The notes under the pieces are model-generated. The model was not told where the DNA came from, searched no databases, and saw only the letters and a program-made list of their open reading frames with translations. Of a DNA stretch of 64,000 nt, positions 55,190 to 63,302 are shown piece by piece; the stretch's first letter is position 1, and every line of letters begins with the position of its first letter. The DNA comes from an uncultured Gammaproteobacteria bacterium (GTDB lineage: Bacteria > Pseudomonadota > Gammaproteobacteria > Magnimaribacterales > TMED112). Position numbers and translations under genes: made by a program. The stretch is taken from the NCBI GenBank assembly GCA_913020145.1, contig CAJWAI010000002.1, forward strand, positions 11,667-75,666. The letters run 5' to 3'.

Positions 55190-56452
55190 ATGGGAATAGT
55201 TGAATTAACCTTATTCGGAATACCTTTAATCCTTATATCTGCAATTTTTTTAGGGTTTTTCTCAGCCTACGGTGTTGGTGCTAATGATGTTGCCAATGCT
55301 ATGGGTACTTCTGTAGGAAGCAAAGTTCTCACTGTTAAACAAGCCATACTTATAGCAGCAGTATTTGAGTTCTTAGGTGCATTTCTTGCTGGGGGAGGCG
55401 TTACACAAACTATAAGGAAAGGGGTAATAGATCCTGAATTATTTGCGGAGAATCTCGATATTTTTATCTATGGAATGATCTCTGCTTTATTTGCTTCTGG
55501 CGTTTGGCTCTTAATAGCCAGTTTACGGGGCTGGCCTGTCTCAACTACACATACAATTGTTGGTGCAATAGTAGGGTTTGGCATCTACACGCTTGGTATG
55601 GATAAAATTAATTGGTCTGTTGTTGGAAATATAGGCTTGTCTTGGATTACATCGCCATTATCATCAGCACTTGTTGCCGGAGTTTTTTACTACATCTGTA
55701 AAGAATTCATAATAAAAAAACAGACAAGGTATGAGCCTCTTATAGTCAACTTTTATATCTTTCTAGCTGGATTTGCAATCGCATTAATTACAGTCACAAA
55801 AGGACTGAAGAATATATTCAAGCAACAAGGTTTTGCTCCAACTTTCAGTGATAGTGTTTTAATTTCAGTTGTTGCTGCTTTAGTCTTTACATTTATATTC
55901 TATACATTCTTTAGATATAAATTTAAAAACACTACACGCAATCCAGAAGCGCAGTTTGCGTATTTAATGGTCTTTACTTCATGTGCTGTTGCATTTGCAC
56001 ATGGCTCAAATGATGTTGCCAATGCAATTGGTCCATTAGCTGCTGTAAATCAAGCTACAAACCAATTACTAAACCAACCATATTCATTAGAGACACCTCT
56101 ATGGATTCTATTTCTAGGAGCTGCTGGTATTGTCGTCGGTTTAGCTACACTTGGTTATAGAGTTATGAAAACTATTGGTGAGAAAATTGTTACGCTTTCT
56201 CCAAGCAAAGGTTTTTCTGCACAACTTGCTGCTGCTCTAACTGTAGTAATTGCTAGTCAACTGAATATGCCTGTTTCTACTACACATACTTTAGTAGGAG
56301 CAGTAATTGGAATTGGTTTAGTCGAAGGTATCGGGTCTATTAATGTTAAATCCGTTCAAACAATCGTTATGTCTTGGGTAATTACTTTACCTGCAGGAGC
56401 ACTTCTTGCTGTAATATTCTTAGAAATCTTTATGAATTTATTTACTTACTAA
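55190..56452 (+). CDS. Inorganic phosphate transporter, PiT family
   Basis: Duplicated GANDVANAMGT / GSNDVANAIGP signatures in a polytopic protein of 420 aa. Confidence 0.9.
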   Translation: MGIVELTLFGIPLILISAIFLGFFSAYGVGANDVANAMGTSVGSKVLTVKQAILIAAVFEFLGAFLAGGGVTQTIRKGVIDPELFAENLDIFIYGMISALFASGVWLLIASLRGWPVSTTHTIVGAIVGFGIYTLGMDKINWSVVGNIGLSWITSPLSSALVAGVFYYICKEFIIKKQTRYEPLIVNFYIFLAGFAIALITVTKGLKNIFKQQGFAPTFSDSVLISVVAALVFTFIFYTFFRYKFKNTTRNPEAQFAYLMVFTSCAVAFAHGSNDVANAIGPLAAVNQATNQLLNQPYSLETPLWILFLGAAGIVVGLATLGYRVMKTIGEKIVTLSPSKGFSAQLAAALTVVIASQLNMPVSTTHTLVGAVIGIGLVEGIGSINVKSVQTIVMSWVITLPAGALLAVIFLEIFMNLFTY

Positions 56453-56547
56453 GCTTAGATACCTTATAAAATTTCACTAAATTTATGCCTTAATGTCACA
56501 TACATTTAACACAATCTATATATCTTCATTAACTGACGGTTATAAAT

Positions 56548-59082
56548 ATGAAGAAATTATATCTACTTTTTTTATCTTTAAGTTTTATTCTTTATTCACA
56601 AGAAGAAGTAAATAATGACGAAGTCGAGGAAGTTGTTGTATCTGCAGTAGGAACAATAGCTAGTCTAAAATCTGGTATAGAGAGACAAAGAAAATCTAAT
56701 CAAGTTGTTTCAGTAGTAGATTCAGATGCATTAGGAGAATTTCCTGATGAGACAGCTGCTGAATCAGTAAGACGTCTTTCTGGAGTGTCCGTAGAGAATG
56801 ACCAAGGTGAAGGACGGTATGTAACTCTTAGAGGCATGTCTGGAGATCTAAATGCAGTCACGATGAATGGTGCCACTATTCCAGCTCCTGAGAGCGGTAG
56901 AAAGGTTCTATTAGATGGTCTGCCAACTGAACTATTAGATTCAATTGAAGTATATAAAACTCTTGTGCCTTCACAAGATTTAGAAGGTATAGGTGGTCGA
57001 ATTGAATTTAAAACTAAACGTGCTACAGATTTAGATAAAAGGTTAGTCAAACTTAGGTATGACGTTCAATATAACGAATTCGTTGATGATGCAGATAGTC
57101 CTAAATATTCGTTTACCTATGGAGATAAACTAAACGACAACTTTGGCGCAATTTTTGGCTACACATATCAAAGCAAACATATTATTTCTAATAACAATGA
57201 AGTCGGTTATGAGCCCTGGAAAATTGATGATAATGGTAACAAGTATCTAGGAAGAGACTGGGAAATGAGATATTACGATCTAACCAGAGAAAGAGAAGGA
57301 TATACATTAGATATGGATCTAATAGTTAATGGTGATACTGCACTCTTTTTTAATTATCTATTTAATGAATACACAGATGACGAAATAAGACATAAAGATG
57401 AATATAGAGCTCGAGATGTACTTGAGCCATCCATAACTTCAGTATCTGCAGCATATCAAAGAATTACAGCTGACAAAGAATCAAAAAAGAGAATTGAGAC
57501 TAGAACCATTGAAACGCAAGTAATAGGTATGGATACGGTTATTGCAGGATTTGATGTACGTATGCAACTAAGTAATTCTTTTGCAGAAGAAGCTGACAAT
57601 AATAATGTTGATGCAAAATTTCGTGCTGAGTGTCGTATAAGAGAAGGTACAGATGCATGTGGAACCTTTAATTGGTCAAATCCTAAGTTTTTAAGGTTAG
57701 ATTTAGCTCCTGCGGCTGCTAATCTACGAAATCCTGAATCCTATGAATGGGATGAATTTGAAATTGATTATGGCGTAATTCAAGATGAAGAAGACGCATT
57801 TAAAATTGATTTTGAAACCAGTGAGATAAGTTTTGGTGATAATCCAATGACAATTGAATTTGGTTATAAAAGTAGCACGAGAACTAAATCTAATAATGAA
57901 GGAAATTACGATGCTAGTGGTGATGTGGCTGAGGGATTGATTAACTATTCGCCATACACTCCTAGTCAATATTGGTATTTTCCCGTTAATCTCACATTTT
58001 TTGCGGATCCAAATGTTGTATTTGGACTTCAAGATCAATTTAGACCACTAAGCACTGATCTTGCTGACTTTTGGACAACTAAAGAAGAAATTGATGCGCT
58101 ATACATTATGAGTACCATTGATTTTGGTAACACAATTGTTGTTGTGGGTGTACGTAATGAAAATACAACTTTTCATACTATGGGTTACAACGATGGAAAT
58201 GCAGATGATCTATTGGAATTTTCTAGAGACTATAGTTACTTAGCTCCAAGTATTAACGTTAAGTACAACATAACTGAGAATCTTCAAATGAGAACTTCGT
58301 ATTACAGCTCTCTATCGAGGCCTGGGTTTGGTGAAACTGCACCAATAGCAGAAATAGAAGAAGGTGTAGCTGGTGAGTTTTCTGGTGAAATGGGTAATCC
58401 AGACCTTAAACCTTATGAAGCAGATAATTTTGACCTCAGTGTTGAATACTATGAAGAAGACTTTGTTTTTACACTAGGCATGTTCCATAAAGATATTGCT
58501 AATACAATTTATCCACGTGTCTTAGCCAATCAAACAGTAGGTGGTTTGTTCTTTTCTGAACTTGAAACCTATGCTAATGCAGGAGCATCATCGATAACGG
58601 GATTTGAGCTTAATCTCTTTTCTGAGCTAGATAAGTACTTACCTATCGAAGGCTTCTTTATGGCATTTAACACGACTATAAGCGACGGTGAAAGTGAATT
58701 TGATACTGGAATTGATACCTTTACTATTCCATTCAGAAAACTATCCGAAGAAAATGCAAACTTTTCATTTGGATACGATAAAGGCAAGTTTGACGCAAGA
58801 TTTGCAGCTAATTATCGTTCAAGCTATTTAGACTATCTTGGTGATGAAGGTGATGATGTCCTTGATGGTGATTTTGGTTACGGTTTTATGAGATTTACTG
58901 ACGATTATCTTTCTTATGATCTAACTGCTAAATATAAATACAGCGATAAGTTAACTTTTAGATTTGAAGGCAAGAATTTAGCCAATAGACCTGAATTTTA
59001 CTATTGGAATACTTCCGATAGACTGTCACAATATGATGAATATGGATATTCAATGTCATTCGGTATTAGATACACCTTCTAA
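56548..59082 (+). CDS. TonB-dependent outer-membrane receptor
   Basis: Signal peptide, plug domain (VSVVDSDALGEFPDETAAESVRRLSGVSV, YVTLRGM), and a long beta-barrel ending in FGIRYTF. Confidence 0.85.
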   Translation: MKKLYLLFLSLSFILYSQEEVNNDEVEEVVVSAVGTIASLKSGIERQRKSNQVVSVVDSDALGEFPDETAAESVRRLSGVSVENDQGEGRYVTLRGMSGDLNAVTMNGATIPAPESGRKVLLDGLPTELLDSIEVYKTLVPSQDLEGIGGRIEFKTKRATDLDKRLVKLRYDVQYNEFVDDADSPKYSFTYGDKLNDNFGAIFGYTYQSKHIISNNNEVGYEPWKIDDNGNKYLGRDWEMRYYDLTREREGYTLDMDLIVNGDTALFFNYLFNEYTDDEIRHKDEYRARDVLEPSITSVSAAYQRITADKESKKRIETRTIETQVIGMDTVIAGFDVRMQLSNSFAEEADNNNVDAKFRAECRIREGTDACGTFNWSNPKFLRLDLAPAAANLRNPESYEWDEFEIDYGVIQDEEDAFKIDFETSEISFGDNPMTIEFGYKSSTRTKSNNEGNYDASGDVAEGLINYSPYTPSQYWYFPVNLTFFADPNVVFGLQDQFRPLSTDLADFWTTKEEIDALYIMSTIDFGNTIVVVGVRNENTTFHTMGYNDGNADDLLEFSRDYSYLAPSINVKYNITENLQMRTSYYSSLSRPGFGETAPIAEIEEGVAGEFSGEMGNPDLKPYEADNFDLSVEYYEEDFVFTLGMFHKDIANTIYPRVLANQTVGGLFFSELETYANAGASSITGFELNLFSELDKYLPIEGFFMAFNTTISDGESEFDTGIDTFTIPFRKLSEENANFSFGYDKGKFDARFAANYRSSYLDYLGDEGDDVLDGDFGYGFMRFTDDYLSYDLTAKYKYSDKLTFRFEGKNLANRPEFYYWNTSDRLSQYDEYGYSMSFGIRYTF

Positions 59083-60127
59083 CAATATTTTAAAAAGAGC
59101 GGGCTTCGTGCTTGCTCTTTTTTTCTCAGCTATTCTTTATACAGCTGAAATTGATTATTCAGCTGAAACTGATCCAGTTATTACCAAAGGAGACTCTGCT
59201 GATGATCCCGCTATTTGGTTTAACTCTAAAGATCCAAAAAAATCCTTGATCTTTGGTACTGATAAGAACTCTGGTATTTATGTCTACGATATAGAAGGCA
59301 ATGCATTAAGTTATGCCAATCTTGGAAGAATTAATAATATAGATCTTCGAGAAAAGGATGGTGAATTACATATTGTTACATCCAATAGAACAGCAAGCAC
59401 ATTAGATTATTGGAAATTTCCTACTGATGATTTGTTTGAGTACTTTCAAAATTTACCTTTAGATTCATTCACTGAGGATTTAGATCATGTGCACCTTGAG
59501 GCTGGTATGGATATCTATGGTATTTGTATGGGTTTAGTAGGAGGTAATTTACGAGCAATATTAACGGAAGAAGAGGGTAAAACAATTCAATATTGGGATT
59601 TAAAGACACAGGAGATAATAGGCACCATTGATATAACAGCCGAAGAAACTAATGTGCCTCTTTTTGGTAATGAGGCTGAAGGATGTGTAATTGATGATGA
59701 AAATGAACATATCATTATTTCACGAGAAGGTATGAGAGGTATTCTTAACGCCTATGACGCCAATACACTTGGATTTATTAAGGTAATTGATTCAAGATCT
59801 GGGAATATCGGAGGTGACCCTGAAGGTGTAACCATCTATAAAACATCAGATAAAGAGGGTTTTATTATTGTGTCATCTCAAGGTGATAGCAAATTTAATC
59901 TATACAACAGACAATTTCCCTTTGATTACGTTAAATCTTTTACAGTTAATGATGTTTCAGATACAGATGGAATAGATGTTACAAATAAAGCTATAGACGA
60001 CTTATACACTCAGGGATTTTTAGTTGTACAAGATGGGTACAATTCACCTGATAATCAGAATTTTAAGATTGTTGATATGGAGCAAGTACTTAAAAAAAAA
60101 GTGAAGAATCCTGGCTCGACAGATTAA
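59033..60127 (+). CDS. Beta-propeller phytase (3-phytase family)
   Basis: DSADDPAIWFNSKDPKKSLIFGTDKNSGIYVYDIEG closely parallels the Bacillus PhyC N-terminal blade. Later EAEGC and DPEGVTIY segments. Start is uncertain: the first canonical start codons overlap the receptor gene by 50 nt. Confidence 0.8.
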   Translation: MMNMDIQCHSVLDTPSNNILKRAGFVLALFFSAILYTAEIDYSAETDPVITKGDSADDPAIWFNSKDPKKSLIFGTDKNSGIYVYDIEGNALSYANLGRINNIDLREKDGELHIVTSNRTASTLDYWKFPTDDLFEYFQNLPLDSFTEDLDHVHLEAGMDIYGICMGLVGGNLRAILTEEEGKTIQYWDLKTQEIIGTIDITAEETNVPLFGNEAEGCVIDDENEHIIISREGMRGILNAYDANTLGFIKVIDSRSGNIGGDPEGVTIYKTSDKEGFIIVSSQGDSKFNLYNRQFPFDYVKSFTVNDVSDTDGIDVTNKAIDDLYTQGFLVVQDGYNSPDNQNFKIVDMEQVLKKKVKNPGSTD

Positions 60128-60201
60128 AAGCATTTAGTGTTGAGAATCCAGTTGTAGCCCCTTTCTTACTTACTATTCTTGGTTTTCTTGAATCTTTTGT
60201 C

Positions 60202-60621
60202 TTGAGTGGGGTTTTATTTCCAAGTCTTTTTTTATATTTGCTTGCTGTTTTTCTTTATTTAGAGGGAATATCAAATATTTATCTAATAACGATCTTTGCG
60301 TATATGGGTTCTTTTTCTGGTGATCAATCAAGTTATTTAATGGGTAGAATATTCGGAACAAAAATTATGAACTGGAAGTTTTTTGAAAAGCATAAAGATA
60401 AAGTTGATAAAACAAAGAATTGGTTCGATAAATATGAATTTGGTGCGATTTTACTTGGACGTATGACACCTAGTATCAGACCATTTGCTCCATTTTTTGT
60501 GGGTACTTTTAAACTGGACTATAAGCGCTTCCTTATATTTGATTTAATCGCTTGTACTGTTTGGGCATCGGGGTTAGTCCTTTTGGTTGTATTATGGGAA
60601 TATATAGCTAACCTTTTTTAA
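60202..60621 (+). CDS. DedA family membrane protein (start codon unresolved)
   Basis: The GDQSSYLMGR and LLGRMTPSIRPFAPFFVG segments are DedA/SNARE-associated signatures. The frame is open and DedA-like from 60094 but has no ATG/GTG/TTG before 60202. Confidence 0.6.
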   Translation: MSGVLFPSLFLYLLAVFLYLEGISNIYLITIFAYMGSFSGDQSSYLMGRIFGTKIMNWKFFEKHKDKVDKTKNWFDKYEFGAILLGRMTPSIRPFAPFFVGTFKLDYKRFLIFDLIACTVWASGLVLLVVLWEYIANLF

Positions 60622-60622
60622 T

Positions 60623-60799
60623 ATGATTGGATACTTAAGCTTAATTTTACTCGTTATTTTGACCGTTCTTTTGGTCTACTATTTTTTTACAGAGAAAACG
60701 AATGGTTTTTTTAGAAGCTTTTTAGTTAAGTTCTCTGCATTACTATTAACAATAATATGTGTCTATTTATTTATAAGACTTTTTAGGTATGTAATTTGA
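60623..60799 (+). CDS. Candidate 58-aa two-TM small membrane protein (below ORF-track cutoff)
   Basis: ATG lies 1 nt after the dedA stop. The TGA overlaps the ATG of the HIT gene (TGATG). Two hydrophobic helices: MIGYLSLILLVILTVLLVYYFF and FSALLLTIICVYLFI. Confidence 0.35.
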   Translation: MIGYLSLILLVILTVLLVYYFFTEKTNGFFRSFLVKFSALLLTIICVYLFIRLFRYVI

Positions 60800-61140
60800 T
60801 GAGTGATTCATTATTTACCAAAATTAGAAAAGGAGAAATTCCAGGTACTATTGTTTATCAGGATGAGCTATGCTTCGCTATTGAAGACATTGCACCGCAA
60901 GCCCCTATACATATCCTTATAATCCCTATTAAAGAGATTGAAAAAGTTTCAGACGCTTCTGAAGAAGATATCAATCTTTTAGGCCATCTACTTCATGTAT
61001 CTAAGAAAATTGCACAAAATCATAATTTAGATAATAACTATAGGTTAGTTATAAATAATGGCGCTAGAGCTGGCCAAACGGTATTTCATATACATGTACA
61101 TCTATTAGGTGGTAAAAGCCTAGAATGGCATCCTGCCTAA
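60799..61140 (+). CDS. Histidine triad (HIT) nucleotide-binding protein
   Basis: HIHVHLLGG triad. N-terminus LFTKIRKGEIPGTIVYQDE. Confidence 0.9.
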   Translation: MSDSLFTKIRKGEIPGTIVYQDELCFAIEDIAPQAPIHILIIPIKEIEKVSDASEEDINLLGHLLHVSKKIAQNHNLDNNYRLVINNGARAGQTVFHIHVHLLGGKSLEWHPA

Positions 61141-61258
61141 ACAAAGGTTGCGCCGACTAAAAGAATCAATACAATGAGCGCAATTACACCAAAAAAGATT
61201 ACGATATTTCTAATAAGTGTTTTATCATCTTCCATATTAAAATTTTATATCTATTAAC

Positions 61259-62356
61259 ATGACTCGCATAGAGCCTTACAGTGACAAAGAGGTTAAATTT
61301 GTCTTAGAGAACCTTCTAAAAGATAAAGAGTTCTTAAATTTTGTTAAAGAGAATCTAAATTCTTCGACTTCTAAGTTTTTATCTATTCCTGGATCAAAGT
61401 TCTTAGCTTTACAGCTTTTTAAATCTAAAGTTAGAAAAATAAGCACAATTGATGAATTTCAAGATCAAGTAATGATCGTTCTAAAAAGTGTAATAAGTCA
61501 AACAATGGATAAATTTTCCTATTCAGGTACAGATCAATTAGATATAAATAAACCGTACATTTTTATAAGCAATCATAGAGACATAACCTTAGATTCTGCT
61601 TTATGTAATTATGCTATTCATTCAACAGGACTAAAAACAACGCATAATGCTATTGGAGACAATCTTGTAAGTATAGATTGGATGGGGGACTTATTAAGAC
61701 TAAATAAAAGTTTCGTTGTTCCAAGAGGCGGTGATTCAAAAAAAGAGATTTACAACAATCTCTTTAATGTATCTAGCTACATTAAAAATACTCTAAATGC
61801 TGGAAATCATATATGGATAGCACAGCGTCAAGGAAGGGCAAAAGATGGAATAGATAAAACTGATCCTGCTGTTTTAAAAATGCTTCATATAGCTCTAAGA
61901 AAAAGTAGTAATTTTGAAGATCTTACTAAATATTACAATATTATTCCCTGCTCAGTTTCGTATGAATTTGATCCTTTAGCAAAAGAAAAGGCTAGACAAG
62001 ATGTTGATGCTAAAAATAAAAAAGAACAAGATGACATAAAGCATATTTTTAGAGGAATTATGGAACACAAAGGTTTTGTACATTTGAATCTTGGCGAGCA
62101 AATTACTGGTTGCTACTCTCCTGAAGATCTTTCAAGAGAAATAGATCGATCAATTATCGAAAATTATAAAGTTTGGGATACTAATATGTATGCCTATAAA
62201 TATCTTCATGAACAGGTAAATGATGAAGATTTTCCACGAGCTAGTAGTTATTTTAATGAACTGAGAACTTCTATGACGAATAAAGAGTTAGAATATATAA
62301 TGAATCAGTATTCAAACCCTCTAGTTGCTAAAGGAGAATTTAAAAATGAGCGATGA
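61259..62356 (+). CDS. Acyltransferase-like protein (PlsC/LPLAT-related)
   Basis: FISNHRDITLDSA resembles the HX4D block (spacing here is H-x5-D, with another Asp at +2). Later PRGG and AQRQGRAKDG blocks. Family assignment is tentative. Confidence 0.5.
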   Translation: MTRIEPYSDKEVKFVLENLLKDKEFLNFVKENLNSSTSKFLSIPGSKFLALQLFKSKVRKISTIDEFQDQVMIVLKSVISQTMDKFSYSGTDQLDINKPYIFISNHRDITLDSALCNYAIHSTGLKTTHNAIGDNLVSIDWMGDLLRLNKSFVVPRGGDSKKEIYNNLFNVSSYIKNTLNAGNHIWIAQRQGRAKDGIDKTDPAVLKMLHIALRKSSNFEDLTKYYNIIPCSVSYEFDPLAKEKARQDVDAKNKKEQDDIKHIFRGIMEHKGFVHLNLGEQITGCYSPEDLSREIDRSIIENYKVWDTNMYAYKYLHEQVNDEDFPRASSYFNELRTSMTNKELEYIMNQYSNPLVAKGEFKNER

Positions 62357-62471
62357 CCAATTCTATAAGTCAAAAGAAGATTCAGATAACTCATCCTCTG
62401 ATGCACTAGTTGCACTAGTTATTATAATTTGCGGTGTACTTGCTGCTACTTTATACGTGAGTTCCTTATGA
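62346..62471 (+). CDS. Candidate 41-aa tail-anchored small membrane protein
   Basis: Overlaps the upstream gene by 11 nt and the downstream SDR start by ATGA. Acidic N-terminal half, then ALVALVIIICGVLAATLYV. Confidence 0.3.
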   Translation: MSDDQFYKSKEDSDNSSSDALVALVIIICGVLAATLYVSSL

Positions 62472-63262
62472 GTCTAAATATTAAAGATCTTTTTAATATA
62501 GAAGGTAAAATTGCCGTTGTGACCGGTGGCTCCAGAGGAATAGGTGAAATGATTGCCTCTGGTTTCTTAGCAAACGGTGCCAAAGTTTATATAACAGCTA
62601 GAAAAGAAGAAGCTTTAATAGCTAAAGCTGAAGAACTTAGTAGTGAATATAATGCTGAGTGCATCCCCTTTTGTGCAGATCTTTCAAAAGAAGAGGGCAT
62701 AACTAACTTTAGTAATTTTTTAATTGATAAAGAACCTGAAGGTATCGATTTTCTAATAAATAATGCTGGTGCTGCATGGGGAGCACCCTTTGATGAGTAT
62801 CCTATAGAAGGTTGGGATAAAGTTGTTGATCTAAACCTGAAAAGTCCTTTTTTTATAACTCAGAAACTTGCCAAACTACTGGAAAAGAAAGGAAATTCAG
62901 ATGATCCTTCAAGAATAGTAAACATTGCATCAATTGATGGCATTGGAGTGTCAAATATGGCTGATACTTATGCTTATTCTGCATCTAAATCGGGAATAAT
63001 ACATTTAACAAAACATTTAGCTAAGACGCTTGTCGAAAGAAACATAATTGTCAATGCCATAGCTCCAGGTCCTTTTGATAGTCATATGTTGGGTAAAGCC
63101 GTAAATTTTGACTATGGTTTTATAGCTGATATGAATCCTAGAAAAAGAATAGGGACACCTCAAGATATGGCAGGATTATGTATATATCTGTGTTCTAGAG
63201 CTGGAGCCTTCACAGTAGGTGAAACTGTGACTTGTGATGGCGGCATGGTCACGACGCGTTAG
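62468..63262 (+). CDS. SDR family oxidoreductase (3-oxoacyl-ACP reductase/RhlG-like)
   Basis: VTGGSRGIGEMIA, NNAG, catalytic YSASK. ATG 62468 gives the canonical N-terminus MSLNIKDLF..GKIAVVTGG. Confidence 0.85.
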   Translation: MSLNIKDLFNIEGKIAVVTGGSRGIGEMIASGFLANGAKVYITARKEEALIAKAEELSSEYNAECIPFCADLSKEEGITNFSNFLIDKEPEGIDFLINNAGAAWGAPFDEYPIEGWDKVVDLNLKSPFFITQKLAKLLEKKGNSDDPSRIVNIASIDGIGVSNMADTYAYSASKSGIIHLTKHLAKTLVERNIIVNAIAPGPFDSHMLGKAVNFDYGFIADMNPRKRIGTPQDMAGLCIYLCSRAGAFTVGETVTCDGGMVTTR

Positions 63263-63302
63263 TTAAAATAGTTAAATTCTCTTAGTAATTAGATATTTAG
63301 GT

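Noticed and set aside
56492-56515. Pho-box search upstream of the phosphorus genes. ATGTCACATACATTTAACAC upstream of the second TonB receptor has one good TGTCAC half-site.
   Set aside because: The second half-site at 11-bp spacing matches poorly. I could not find a shared motif upstream of the PhoD-like gene (30279-30355), PiT/ppk2 (55140-55189) or the ligase-phoBR operon (39672-39705). This is not enough to call a PhoB site without a genome-derived matrix.
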